Shown here: positions 38,046-50,745 of the stretch, piece by piece
How the letters are laid out: each line of letters opens with the position of its first letter
Numbering within the stretch: position 1 is the first letter of the stretch
Origin: Mobula hypostoma
Taxonomy: Eukaryota
Assembly (NCBI RefSeq): GCF_963921235.1
Contig: NC_086097.1
Location: forward strand, 140,246,001 to 140,310,000
Direction of reading: 5' to 3'
Length of the DNA stretch: 64,000 nt
Notes under the pieces: model-generated
What the model was told of the DNA's origin: nothing
The model's input: the letters and a program-made list of their open reading frames with translations, nothing else
The model's database searches: none
Made by a program: the position numbers and the translations under genes

Positions 38046-38400
38046 ATTCGGCCACACGAATGTCACTTACCTGGGAATTGTGGTGACACAGGGGCAGCTG
38101 GCAGTGATGCAAGCTACAGTGCAGGCTATCGCTGACCTCCCAACCCCGACAGACAAGAGGGCCCTCAGAAGGCTTTTGGAGATGGTGGGGTACTGCAGGA
38201 AGTTTTGCAATAACTCTGCGGTCAATACCCATCCCCCTCCTACTAAGCCCCTGCGAGGGAAAATTGAGTCGGAATGGGACGACCCTTGTTGTTGTGGTCC
38301 GGGACAAAACCAAATGAGAGGTTACATTGGTCGCAATTCATCAGTGTTTTTGGCCACTATGAAGTTTGCTGAGTTGGAGCCTGGTCTAAGGGATTATTAA
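38032..38400 (+). pseudogene. RT palm/thumb remnant, +1 frame after an A7 run
   Basis: EFGHTNVTYLGIVV...PTPTDKRALRRLLEMVGYCRKF is Gypsy RT thumb-like. Confidence 0.75.
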
Positions 38401-38560
38401 TAACACGTGTAAAAGGAACAGAAAATGTGATGACTGTCTGTCAAGGTGTTGACAGCTTCAAATTCTCTATATTAGCTAAATAACTGTTAAAGATGTATAT
38501 TGTGTATGTATCAGATAATGTAGTCATGTTTGTAATTTTTACCTCCCGGTAAAAATCCTT

Positions 38561-38572
38561 AAAGGGGGGAAG
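38561..38572 (+). promoter_or_regulatory. Polypurine tract
   Basis: aaagggggga ag lies immediately before the 3' LTR TG. Confidence 0.88.
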
Positions 38573-39365
38573 TGTTACGAGAATACACATAAAATTAAGA
38601 TGTTTGCTGGCCTGGGCTAGCATCAGTGGCATCAGCAGTTGGTCTGCCACCTGCCCTCAGGGGAAGGAGAGATAAGGAACAATGGAGCAGCGTCTGGAGA
38701 TGTGTAATGAAGGGATGTGGGAGGAAGAGCTGTCTGGAGCGGCTCCCCCCCTTTGAACCCTGAACTGTTTGAAGTGATGGACAGGCGATACCCCAGCAGG
38801 GGGATAAAAAGGGACAGGTTCGCTAAGACAGACACACACGCCACCCGAGGTAACGAGACCCTGGAAGCGGGACGCTTCTCACGAGTGGGTGGAAAGGTAC
38901 GATCAGCGGGAACCCGGTGTGTGTCCGCCCTTGCCTGGGTGCCGGGTTCACTGCAGAGGATCGACCGCATCTGGAGGAGGGGTCACAGTCGGTGACCTCA
39001 GGTGACATCACCAAGGACCTGCCCAAAAGCTGTTTGTGAGCCATCCCGCTGGTCTGTGAGTGAAGCCGTTCTGAATGATCAGTTGTTCCTATTCTGTCTC
39101 TCTCCCCCCACCTTGTCCATCGCCATGGCAACGATTACTGCGAACTGAACTACAAACTGGACTGAACTTTGAGTCATTTTGAAATTGGTCATTTACCCCT
39201 AGACAACGATAGAGCTTGATTGATGCTGTTATCTTAATTCTGTGCACATGTGTGGTTATCATTGTTGAATTGTTGCATTTATTATCCTTTCGATTACTGT
39301 GTTGCTTGTTTCTTTAATAAAACTTTCTTAGTTCTAGTACTCCAGACTCCAACTGAGTGATCCAT
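38573..39365 (+). repeat. 3' LTR, lacking the last 39 bp
   Basis: Identical by eye to 34661-35453; ends at gagtgatccat. Confidence 0.93.
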
Positions 39366-39699
39366 ATCTTCGTAGCGAAAATCTCACACAAGCACCGTCG
39401 GCAGAAAATCTCACGCAAGCGCCGTCGGCAGAAAGTCTCACGCAAGCGCTGTTGGCAAAAACACGGCGCAAGCGCTCTCCAGTAATCTTTAAACTATGAA
39501 GCTGCCAAATCATACCAAATAACACATAAAAATACACAGCTGATATAAAGTACAAATAATGTATGTACAGTTACCGGAATCGGGACAGCGCAGAGCACAA
39601 TGATGATGGTGTGTTAGGCTGAGTCGGAGTTTGGGTGGTGCAGAGGCCCCTACCCTCCGGACCACCAACTGATACATTGCCGCGAAGCACGCAGGGGTC

Positions 39700-39923
39700 C
39701 AGCGGTAGCCAGGACGCACCCAGCACATCTTTAAGAAAAAAGCCGAAATAAACATGCTAATTAATTATGTGCCGCCCGACACGTAATTGTTGGCCCAGAT
39801 CAGTACAGTTGCATCACCTCTGATCTGGGCCGACAATTACGTGCTAGGCGGCACCTAATTAATTAGTATGTTTATTTCGGCTTTTTTCTTAAAGATGTGC
39901 TGTGTGCCTCCTGGCTACCGCTG
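39700..39923. repeat. Long inverted repeat (hairpin) inside Tigger copy 1
   Basis: cagcggtagccagga...agatcag / ctgatct...tcctggctaccgctg; arms ~100 bp. Confidence 0.9.
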
Positions 39924-41324
39924 CATTCTCTGCGAATCGTTACAGTATCTGTCCACGGCCCAGGTGTTCGGGCGGTAGGACATGGGGGTGTCATCTCATC
40001 GTCGACCAGGGCAGGCAGCTCATCTTCGCCTATGACTGCCTGCCTCGATGTCGAAGGTCGAGGTTCGTCGTCTGCTGTGGCTGATGTGGAAGGCTTGCTT
40101 GACTGCTGAGCCTCGCGCATTTGTCTATCATACAGTTCTTTGTAAGGACTCAAAGAATCTTGCAAATATCCCTTAAACCTACGTACCCTTCAAAATTAAA
40201 GTCGTACTTTATCATTACTCATTTGGTTTCGATTGTTATTCTTTCCTCTTCCAATTGCATCAGCTCTTCATCTATCAGTTCTTGGTCATGGGATGCCAAA
40301 ACCTCTTCAACATCATCTTCACCAGCTTCCACGAGCCAAACTCATTTTGTCCTTGCTTCATTCACCACGATCGCAACGCTTAATTATGTCTAGTTTTATG
40401 CTAAGTGTAACACCCTTACGAGCTCTTTCAGGCTTTTCCGACGCCATAGAACTCACCTTGCAAACGATTACTCACAGGCTCGTGTTAAAGCAATGCTGGC
40501 GAGAATGCCGTTCCGAATCCGGGGAGAGCGGCTGCTCGGGGCACACGCTGATTTTTTTGTGTGCTGAATTTTTTATCGCGCACAGAATTTTTTTCGTAAC
40601 AGTGAAAACACCTTCTGAAAGTGAAAACAGGGTACTAATGTAGGTCTTTTGTAACAGTGAGGTTTCATAAAGCGAATGTTCAAAAAGCGGGGAACACCTG
40701 TATTTAAGATAAATTTGGTTTTAGGAGAATGAAATCTCCAAAATGAGTAGCTTGATTAAAATTGACCTAAACCACTACACAAACACAGAAATCCATTTAG
40801 CTTCAAAGGACATACAATTTTCTGATTGAAACTCAACAGAAGTAGCATAACCAAAACTTCACTTTATATTTTTTATGGTGTGAAATTGATCTTTGATTAC
40901 TATTTGAAGACAAATGAACACAAGAGGCCCCTGTGATTGATTCATATCAAGTTTTCATACCAAAAACAAGCATCAAAAGATTCAATTAAAAAGACAACTA
41001 AAGCAGAGAACAATTAAGTTCCAGAATGCCCAATACAGTTGGTGCCTCCTAGTTAAAAAAATGCAAACTTTTACTTGCAGTTACATGAAGAACACAAAGT
41101 TGTTAACAAAGCAATAAAGTCATCAAAGCCACAGTGGATGAAACAGTTGCCAAGGGAATCAATCAGTTGGGATAAGACCAGGAACTTCGGTAAATCGTGG
41201 AAGCTTGCAATGATAAACAAGAATGTGTAATAAGGCTGAGCCTGATCGGTGTTATAAAAAGGCTCTGTGATAACATGCCATGAACAGTACTTCAGTTCAC
41301 TTAGGCAGTGAGACAAACCCCATC

Positions 41325-42110
41325 AGAATCAGAATAAGGTTTATTATTACTGACAAATGTCATGAAATTTGTTGTTTTGTGACAGCAGTACAGTACAGGA
41401 CATAGAAATTACAGTGCTGTGCAAAAGTCTTAGGCACCCTAGCTCTATATGAAGACTTTTGCACAGTACTGTATTGTAAGTCAATAAACAGATAAATATA
41501 TAGATAGACAGATAGTGTGAAAGAGGAATAGTGAGGTAGTGTTCATGTGTTCATAAACCATTCAGAAATCTCATGGCAGAGGGGAAGAAGCTCTCACTAA
41601 AATATTGAGTGTGGGTCTTCAAGCTCCTGGACCTCCTCCCCAATGGTAGTAATGAGAAGAGGACATGTCTTGGATGGAGATGGTCCTTAATGATGGATGC
41701 GCCTTCTTGTGGCACCGCTTTTTGAAGATGCCCTTCGATGGTAGGGAGGGTTGTGCTCAAGATGGAACTGGCTGAGTCTACAAGCTTCTGCAGCCTTTTT
41801 TGATCCTAAACACTGGAGCCTCCATACCAGGTGGTGAGGCAAGTGGAATGCTCTCTATCTACATCTATATAAAGTTGTAAGTCTTTGGTGTCATACCAAA
41901 TCTCCTCAAACTCCTAATGAAGTATAGCTGCTTGCATGCATTGATATGCTGAGCCCAGGATAGATCCTCTGAGATGTTGCTGCCAAGGAACTTGAAGCTG
42001 CTTATCCTTTGCACCATTGACCCCTCAATGAGGATTGGTGTGTGTTCTTCTGACTTCCCCTTCCACAATCAATTTCTTAGTTTTGCTGATGTTGATGTGT
42101 CACCACTCAA
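41325..42110 (-). mobile_element. Rex1/Babar LINE 3' fragment
   Basis: ORFs FKFLGSNISEDLSW...LYFIRSLRRFG and GASIIKDHLHPRHVLFSLLPLGRRSRSLKT...SFFPSAMRFLN; (agaatc)n tail. Confidence 0.85.
41412..41471. mobile_element. 60-bp Tc1-type mini-MITE
   Basis: TA|cagtgctgtgcaaaagtctt...aagacttttgcacagtactg|TA. Confidence 0.8.
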
Positions 42111-44419
42111 TCATCCATTGACATTTTCATGCTAAAAGCATCTGATCTTGAAGGGCAGGAAATGTAATTGCAGTTCAGATCAGACACAGGGCAGGAAATC
42201 ACTCCCCCATGGCAAAAACATAAGACCTGTCTAATCCTACATTTCCCAATAGGTTTAGAATTCACACATTGGGCCCAGCCTATAGTTTGGAGCAACTGAT
42301 AAGCCACCAGGAATGTACATCCTTAGTAATGTTATAGAAAATACAATCCCCCTATTTAGATAACAAGCTAGCATCACTTGAGTATTCCTCCTAAGTTTTT
42401 GATCAGTCACTGATCTTATTACTCCCATACATATCACTTTGACTTGCCCATTGTTCTCTACTGCCTAAACTTCTGTACTGAAAATATTATTAAGGTCAAA
42501 CTGAGTGCAAAACCCCTCAAAATTGTTGACTACATTGTTAGTGAGACCTGCATTGTTCTCTAGGATTAAGAGTCAGTTACAGAGTCTTTGAAGGAGGCTT
42601 ATGGACATTCTAGCTGCCTGCCTGATCATTGAAACCTGTTTGCAAAAAAGGCAAACTTTAGTTTAAATGAAATGAAATAAATCTCCAAATTTTTGGCAAA
42701 AATGTAAATAAGCTTTAGTACAATTAAACTAAACTAGTTGAAGGCAGGAAACTTATGACACTTCCACTAATGATCAGATATAACACTATTGTTTCAAGGG
42801 ATGGGCAGAGGTCCAACTTTGTATCATTGTCAGTGGCTTTATCAAGCGGTGGCAACCTAGTTCATAAATACTCAGATCAAAGTCTGCAGTAGAAGTCAAA
42901 AATTTGTATGCAAAAGATCTCAGAATTAGATTCCTGTGAGAAACCAGCTCCTATAGAGCGAGTAAAAGAATCCTAATTCCAAATCAAATGATGCCTTGTT
43001 CTAATGTCCCTTTCTGTCTTTTAGAGCAATTTACCAATTACAATTTGCAATTTACAAAACCTCCTCAACATGGCACATTGACAGACGTTACTTTGCATTT
43101 TGAAAGTCTTAAGGTTCATTTGTATTTCTTCAGCTCCACCATCGCTTTCCCTAACTCAGCGAATATGCTGTCTTGCATTTGTTCAACACCTTTCATGACC
43201 TCTGAACATCACTAAAGCACTTTGCAGTCTCTTAACTACTTGCCAAGAGCAGCCAATTGTGGTTTAGGAAAACAAACATCTAATTTACACACAACATACA
43301 TGAACAGATCATCTAATTTTGGAAGCTGCTTGAATCATAAATGTTGGTCGTCATTAGGGAATTCCTCCCACCATTCTTGGAACATTTTTCATTAACCTGA
43401 AAGAACTGTAGTTTAACATCTCAAACTAAGGCGACTGATGCATACCTGCATGGGTCTTGTAAAAATGAGACACTCAGGTGTGAAAAGTAGCCTGCTAATT
43501 TTGAAAACCAACAAATATGAATTTTGTCTCATCAATAGGAAACCAGTCAGATTTTCAACTGGTGTCATTGATTATTGAAACTGTTTTATTTACAATATTG
43601 GCAACAGCCAACACAAGGATCTTGCGGTAAGCATTTTCATGAATTCAATGATACCAAGTTGGAAGATCCTAAACTATGATGAAGTTTGTCAGATTTTATT
43701 TTAATCCATTGTATTTTGGCATTATATTGCTACAGGTATCTACTTGTTTTATATTACTTATTTAATAATTAAAAAGTAACTCTTCCACAAAAAAATATTG
43801 CAACTTATATTCATCTTGCAGATTTTACAAATGCTTATTGAGCAGCTGATGTACAAAATAACTTGACTCCTCTGGTGGGGTGCAAAATAAATATACCACA
43901 GTATGTTGTGTAAGTTCTGCTATGCCTATAGGTTGGGGAGCAATCAGCACTTATGCACATCAATCCTACCCAGCAAGTTTGTGGAAATTACCCTGGGTTC
44001 AGTTAAGAAAAGTAGTTGAACAGCTGGGAATATACAAGTATTGGCTCTGTAGATGTTGCTTTTCAAGGGGATTGAAATTTACTGCGCAAGAGTCATGCTT
44101 TCAAGTGATGTGCACTGAGAAAGAGAACTGCGATTTTCCCATTAACAATAATTATACTGTATCTGTGCACTGTGCTTCAGCATCTTGAAGAAGAGTTTAA
44201 ATAGTGACTTGGTTTTAGTTAGTATTGCAAACAATAATAAAATGTTCAGAGTTTTGAAACAGGCCATCAGTCCTGGTCCACACGGCTTCGGCTCAACACT
44301 CTCCTCCCATTTATCTCATTCCAGCATCATCACAGCTTTCACAAGAAGGCAAAAAGCCAGTAATTCCCTATGGATAGAATACTAATAAAGGAGGCTATAA
44401 AATGTTGATGTATTATTCA

Positions 44420-44705
44420 TAATTATAATGTATAATTCATAATTTATATCGAAGCATACAGTGAAATCAGTTATTTGCATCAGTCCAAGGATGGACTTAT
44501 GCAGGCTGCAAGTGTCACAATGCTTCTAGCACCAACACAGCATGCCCACAACTTGCTCACCAGTATGTATTTGGAATGGTGGGAGGAAACCGGAACACCC
44601 TGAGGAAACCCATACGGTGTCAGGGAGAATGTATGAACTCTTTACTGAGAGTGGCAGGAATTGAACCCCGATAGCTGACACTGTGAAGTGTTATGCTAGC
44701 TGCAT
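44420..44705 (-). mobile_element. V-SINE (HE1-like)
   Basis: Minus strand: B box ggggttcaattcc followed by V-domain tgggtttcctcagggtgttccggtttcctcccac. Confidence 0.75.
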
Positions 44706-46795
44706 TGGTAGAACATCTTTTTAAAGTAGCTCATGATTGAGCCCACTAGGGATCAGCTATTCTAAATTGGAAAGAACTGGAATTGATTACAGAGCTTAAA
44801 GTAAAGGAACCCTAAGGGGTCAGTGATCATAATATGATAGAATTCACCCTGCAATTTGAGAAGGAGAAGCTAAAATCAGATGTATCAGTATTATAGTGGA
44901 GTAAAGGGAATTACACAGGCATGAGAGAGGAGCTGGCCAAAATTCATTGGAAGAGGATACTATCAGGGATGATGACAGAATAGCTGGAGTTTCTCGGAGG
45001 AATTCAAAAGGCGCAGGATAGATACATCCCAAAGCAGAAGCAGAAGTAGTATTCTAAAGGCAGGATGATGCAACCGTGGCTAACAAGGGAAGTCAAAGCC
45101 AACATAAAAAAATAAAGAGATGACGTATAATAGACCAAAATTTGTGGGAATTTAGAGAATTGGGAAACTTCTAAAAACCAACAGAAGGGAATTGGGGAGA
45201 AGATGGAACATGAAGGTAAGCTAGCCAAAAATATTAAACCAGAAGTTTCTTCAGATATATAAAGAGTAAATGAAAGGAGAGAATGGATATCAGACTGCTG
45301 GAAAATGATGCTGGAGAAGTGAGTGAAGTTGCCATTACTAGGGAGAAGGTACTTGAGAAACTGAAAGGTCTGAAGGTAGATAAATCACCTGGACCAGATG
45401 GGTCTACACCCCAGGGTTCCAAAAAAGGTGGCTGAAAGATTGTGGAAGCAAAAAATAATGATCTTTCAAGAATCAATAGATTCTGACATAGTTCCGGAGG
45501 ACTGGAAAATTACAAATGTCACTCCACTCTTTAAGAAGGGAGAGAGGCAGAAGGAAGGAAATTATAGGCCGGTTAGTCTGACCTCCATGGCTCAGAAGGT
45601 GTTGGAGTTGACTGCTAAGGATGTGGTTTTGGTGTACTTGGAGGCACATGATAAAATAAGTTGAAGTCAGCATGGTTTCCTTAAGGTAAAATCTTGTCTG
45701 AAAAATCTGTTGGAATTTTTTGAAGAAATAACAAGCACGGTAGACTAAGGAGAATCGGCGGATGATGTGTACTTGGAATTTAAGAAGGCCTTCAAATTAC
45801 CACATGAGGCTGCTTAATAAGTTAAGAGCCCATGGTATTACAGGAAGGATAATAGCATGATAGAGCATTGGCTGATTGGCAGGAGGCAAAGAGTGAGAAT
45901 AAAGGAAGCCTTTTCTGATTCTAAAGGGCTGCCAGTAATCAGTGGTGCTCTACAGGGTCTGTGTTGGGTCAGCTCCTTTTTATATCATATATCAATGATT
46001 TGGATGACTGAATTGATGGCTTTGTGGGCCAAGTTTACCGATGATAAGAAGATAGGCAGAGGGGCAGGTAGTGTTGACGAAGCAGAGAGGCTGCAGAAGG
46101 ACTTAGACAGATTAGGAGAAGGCACAAAGAAATGGCAGATGGAATAGTGTTGGGAAGTGTATGGTCATGCGCTTTGGTAGAATAAATAAAAGTGTAGACT
46201 ATTTGCTAAATGGAGAGAAAATTCCAAAATCAGAGGTGCAAAGGATTTGGAGTCCTCGTTCAGTATTCCCTAAAGGTTAATTTGCAGGTTGAGTCGGTGA
46301 CGAGGAATGCAAATGCAATGTTACCATTCATTTCGAGAGGACGAGAATATGAAAACAAGGAAGTAATGTTGAGGCTTGAAAAGGTACTGGCGAGGCCTCA
46401 CTTGGAATATTGTGAGCAGTTTTGGGCCCTTTATCTAAGAAAAGATGTGCAGACATTGGAGAGGGCTTAAAGGAGGTTCACAAAAATGATTCTGGGATTG
46501 AAAGGCTTATCATATGAGGACTGTTTGACAGCTCTGAGCCTGTACTCACCAGAGCTTATAAGAATGAGAGGCGTGGGGGACATCTCATTGAAACTTCTGA
46601 ATATTGAAAGGCCTAATAAAGTGTACATGCTGAGGATATTGCCCATAATGGGAGAGTCTAGGATCAGAGATTACAGCCTCAGAATAGAAGGGCTTCCCTT
46701 TAGAACAGAGATGAGAAGGAATTTCTTTAGTCAGAGGATGGTGAATGTGTGAAATTTATTGCCACAGACAACTGTGGAGGCGAAGTCACTGAGTA

Positions 46796-48360
46796 CAGGT
46801 TTCCCCCACCCTCCAAAGGTAGAGCGTTCCTATGAAACGGTTCGTAAGCCAAAATGTCGTAAAGCGAAGAAGCAGTTACCATTTATGTATATGGGAAAAT
46901 TTTGTGAGCGTTCGCAGACCCAAAAATAACCTACCAAATCATGCCAAATAACACATAAAACTTAAAATAACAGTAACATATAGCAAAAGCAGGAATGATA
47001 TAATAAATACACAGCCTATATAAAGTAGAAATACTTCTCTACAACGATTGCCTGCACAGATCTCTGTAGCGAAAATCTCACGCAAGCGCTGTTGGCATAA
47101 ACGCGCACTCCAGTAACCTTTAAACTATGAAGCTGCCAAATCTACCAAATAACACGTAAAAATACACAGCCTATAAAAAGTAGAAATAATGTATGTACAG
47201 TGTAGTATCACTTACGGGAATTGGGAAGACATCGAGCACACTGATGATGGTGTGTTAGACTGAGTCGTCGCAGGTCGGGGTGGTGCAGTGGCCCCCACCC
47301 TCCAGGCTGCCGACTGATACATTGCCGCGAAGCACGCAGGGGTAGCTGGGAGGCACGCAGCACATCTTTAAGAAAAAAGCCGAAATAAACATGCTAATTA
47401 ATTAGGTGCTGCCTGGCACGTAAATGTTGGCGCAGATCAGAGGCGATTGCCGATTGCATTGGCACTGATCTGGGCCGACAATTACGTGCTAGGCGGCACC
47501 TAATTAATTAGCATGTTTATTTCGGCTTTTTTCTTAAAGATGTGCTGTGTGCCTCCCGGCTACCGCTGCGTTCTCCGCGAATCCGTACAGTATCTGTCTG
47601 GGGCCCAGGGGTTGGGGTGGTGGGTCACGGGGGTGTCATCTCATCGTCGATCAGGGTAGGCAGCTCATCTTCTCCTATGATTGCCTGCGTCGATGTCGAA
47701 GGTTGAGGTTCGTCGTCCTCTGTGGCTGATGTGGAAGGCTTGCTTGACTGCTGAGCTTCGAGCATTTTCCTATCACACAGTTCTTTGTAAGGACTCAAAA
47801 CATCCTGCAAATATCCCCTAAACCTACGTACCCTTTCAAAATTAAAGTCGTACTTTATCATTGCAGCGAAAATCTCACGCAGTTGCTTCACGTTCAGTTC
47901 CTGGATGACTTCACTTTCGCTACTGCATTCGGTTTTGATTGTTGTTCTTTCCTCTTCCAATTGCATCAGCTCTTCATCTATCAGTTCTTGGTCATGGGAT
48001 GCCAAAACCTCTTCAACATCATCTTCGTCAGCTTCCACAAGCCAAACTCCCTTTGTCCTTGCTTCGTTCACCACAATCGAAACACTTAATTATGTCTAGT
48101 TTTACGCTAAGTGTAACACCCTTACGAGCTCTTTCAGGCTTTTCCGATACCTTAGAACTCATCTTTTAAACGACTGCTCAATGCAACGTGTTTAAGCAAT
48201 GCTGGCGAGAATCCGGGGGACAGCGGCTGCTCAGGGTGTGCACTGCCTTTCTTCGTAACAGTGAAAACACCTTCTGAAAGCGAAAACAGGGTACTAATGT
48301 AGGTCTTTCGTAACAGTGAGGTTTCGTAAAGCGAACGTTCGAAAAGCAGGGGGACACCTG
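46796..48360 (-). mobile_element. Non-autonomous Tigger/pogo-type transposon (copy 2, 1565 bp)
   Basis: TA TSDs at 46794-46795 and 48361-48362; CAGGT TIRs. ORF 47625-48074 (DVEEVLASHDQELIDEELMQLEE...NFERV...YKEL) resembles the Tigger/TIGD C-terminus; no DDE domain. Confidence 0.9.
47341..47564. repeat. Long inverted repeat (hairpin) inside Tigger copy 2
   Basis: ggtagctgggaggcac...agatcag / ctgatct...gtgcctcccggctacc. Confidence 0.9.
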
Positions 48361-48525
48361 TATATTTAAATCAGAAGTTCTTAAGTACTTAGTTAGTATG
48401 TGTGTCAAAGATTATGGAAGGAAGGTGGGAGAATGGGGTTAAGAGGGAAAATAAATCAGCCATGATTGAATGGTGGAGCAGACTCAATGGGCTGAATGGC
48501 CTAATACTGCTTTGTCTTATTGTCT

Positions 48526-49220
48526 TCAAAGATGACTTAGACTGATTGAGTGGGTGGTACAAATGCGGTAGATACAGTACAATGTGGATAAATATGAGGT
48601 TATCAACTACAGCAGGAAAATTAGTAATATTACAAATGTTTGTAGATGGAATTAGACTGGGAAACAATTATGCACAGACAGACGTGGGTGTCTTTCTACA
48701 CTAGTAACTGAAAGCAGGCAAATAAGACGACAAACAGTACGTTGGTCTTCATTGCAAGAGTATTTTGAGTGCAGAAGCAAGAATAACTTGTTAATTTATA
48801 TGGAGCTTCAGTGAGACCACATTTAAATACTGTGTGCAGTTTTGGACTCCTACCGAAGAAGGGAGATATGTGCCATAGAGGGAGTGCAGTCAAGCCCAAC
48901 TGCTGGAATGGCAGTTCTGTACAAGGAGGGATTAAGTCGACTGGCCTTGTATTCATTTGATTTTGGAAGACTGAGCAGAAGCAGGCTAGATATTGGGAGA
49001 ATTTTTCCCCTGTTGGGGTATCAAGACTGAAGGATTGCAGTCTCCAGTTATGAAAAAGATATTTAGGATTGAGAAAAGATTTTTTTCACAATTAAGTCAC
49101 AAAACAGAAATTAAACAATATATTTTTAAAAAGATATATAGATACTCCAGATTAAAAAAGCAAGGGGAGAGTAAGAATGTGGCTTTAAGATAGAGGATCA
49201 GCAATGATGGTAATGAGTAG
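48526..49220 (+). mobile_element. Old CR1 3' fragment
   Basis: gtgagaccacatttaaatactgtgtgcagttttgg (VRPHL.YCVQFW). Confidence 0.65.
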
Positions 49221-50494
49221 TGAAGCACAATAAAATACTTCAATTTTATCACATTTCAGAAAATCAAGGCATCTCAAGAGACATACAGTGTTGTCTGTTG
49301 TACTACAGGAAACAAGGCAGTCAATTTGAGCATAGAAATCTCTCATAACAGTAAAAGAGATTATCACCAGATCAAATACTTTTAAAACGGTGAATGGAAA
49401 GATTTCTGCAGTTCCTGGATTTATGCCATATGATCGTTTTCATTCTAAGGGAAGACAGTGCCTTGATCTCAAATCTCATCTGACAAACTCAAAATATTTT
49501 AAGCATTACCTCTGGCCAGGACAACAGTGATCACTCCTATTTTGCTGTGCTTTCCTGGGGCAAAATCCACAGTTTATGAGTTACAACAATTTAGTGAACT
49601 AAATTAGTAAATCTTTAATGTAAAGTAAATGTTTTTTACATGTACTATCTCTGTATGACAGAGGGCTAAAAATGTGCTCGGCATGAATTAGGATTTGAAT
49701 AATTTAACCCTCTGTTTTTTCTTAAATTTACAGATGTAATTGAGAAATATATTGTTACTTCAAGGTCAGTGGAGGAAGTAAAAGCAATGAGAGCAGCAAG
49801 TGTAATATATCAGAGTTGCTGATGATATAGTGGTAGGTAGGAAAGTAAGCAGCAAGGACAGCACAAAGACAGGCAGACTTTCATTTCATTTCTTCAGTGT
49901 GTCCTATAGCACATTACATCAAAGGAAGTACTTTAACTGCAGCCACTGTTACGTGGTGGGAAACACAGCAGTCAATTCACATATAAGCAGTAGTACAAGA
50001 ACAATCAGACCAACTACTATCAAGGATGGTGAGCAGTTAGTAAACCTGAGATAGTTATTCCACACTTTGAAATAGCTCCGTAAGTTAATTCATTGTTACA
50101 TTTAGGTGTTAGGAGTTAGAGGTGCCAAGTGTTAGTCTTCAGTTTATGCTCAAATTTTTTGTATAGTAACACTCAAGTAAGAGCCAAAACTGGTTCCCAT
50201 TTAGCCATGACCATCCCCCATCTGGCTGCCCTTTGAATATAAGCAGGTTATGGGAGTGGGCAAAAAATAGACAGATATTCTGTTGAATGATAGGATTATT
50301 CACTATATGGTAAACAGAAATAGAATGTGTTTTGCAAATAACAAGACAGTAAGAAATGTTGAAATCCAGAGGGATTTGGGCATCCCTGTGCAGGGTTCAC
50401 AGAGGCTGAACAGACAGGTGTTACAATTAGGAAAGCACTTGGTATGCTGGCCTTTATTACAAGGTAATTTAAATTTAAGTAGTCCTGCTTCAAC

Positions 50495-50745
50495 CGGGGC
50501 ATCACCGTAGCATATCCATCAGCGTGTTGCTATTACAGCTTGGGGTGTTGGAGCTCGGAATTCAATTCTGATATCACCTGCAAGAAGTTTGTACATTCTT
50601 CCCATGAGCGCATGGGTTTCCTTTGCTTGCTCTTACTTCCTACCATTGTAAATTGTCCCATGATTAGGGTAGGGTAAAGTAGGTGGGTTGTTGGGTGGTG
50701 CAGCCAGAAGGACCTGTTCTGCTCTGTACCTCTAAATAAATAAAA
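50495..50745 (+). mobile_element. V-SINE, degenerate
   Basis: ggaattcaattc B-box-like sequence; gtttgtacattcttcccatgagcgcatgggtttcc V-domain; A-rich tail. Confidence 0.6.

Larger units (their letters stand above)
34661..39365 (+). mobile_element. Gypsy (Gmr1-like) LTR retrotransposon, non-autonomous
   Basis: Two LTRs 3912 bp apart, tRNA-Pro PBS, PPT, and a gag-pro ORF with pol remnants in IN-before-RT order. Confidence 0.93.
34192..40700 (-). mobile_element. Non-autonomous Tigger/pogo-type DNA transposon (copy 1), interrupted by an LTR element
   Basis: TA|CAGGTTTCCCC...GGGGAACACCTG|TA ends; collinear with copy 2 at 46796-48360; acidic transposase C-terminal remnant. Confidence 0.88.
44715..48525 (+). 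mobile_element. CR1 LINE, 5'-truncated, interrupted near its 3' end by Tigger copy 2
   Basis: VPEDWKITNVTPLFKKG, NYRPVSLTS, KFTDDKK and RNFFSQRMVNV; resumes at 48361 with a CR1 tail. Confidence 0.88.
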
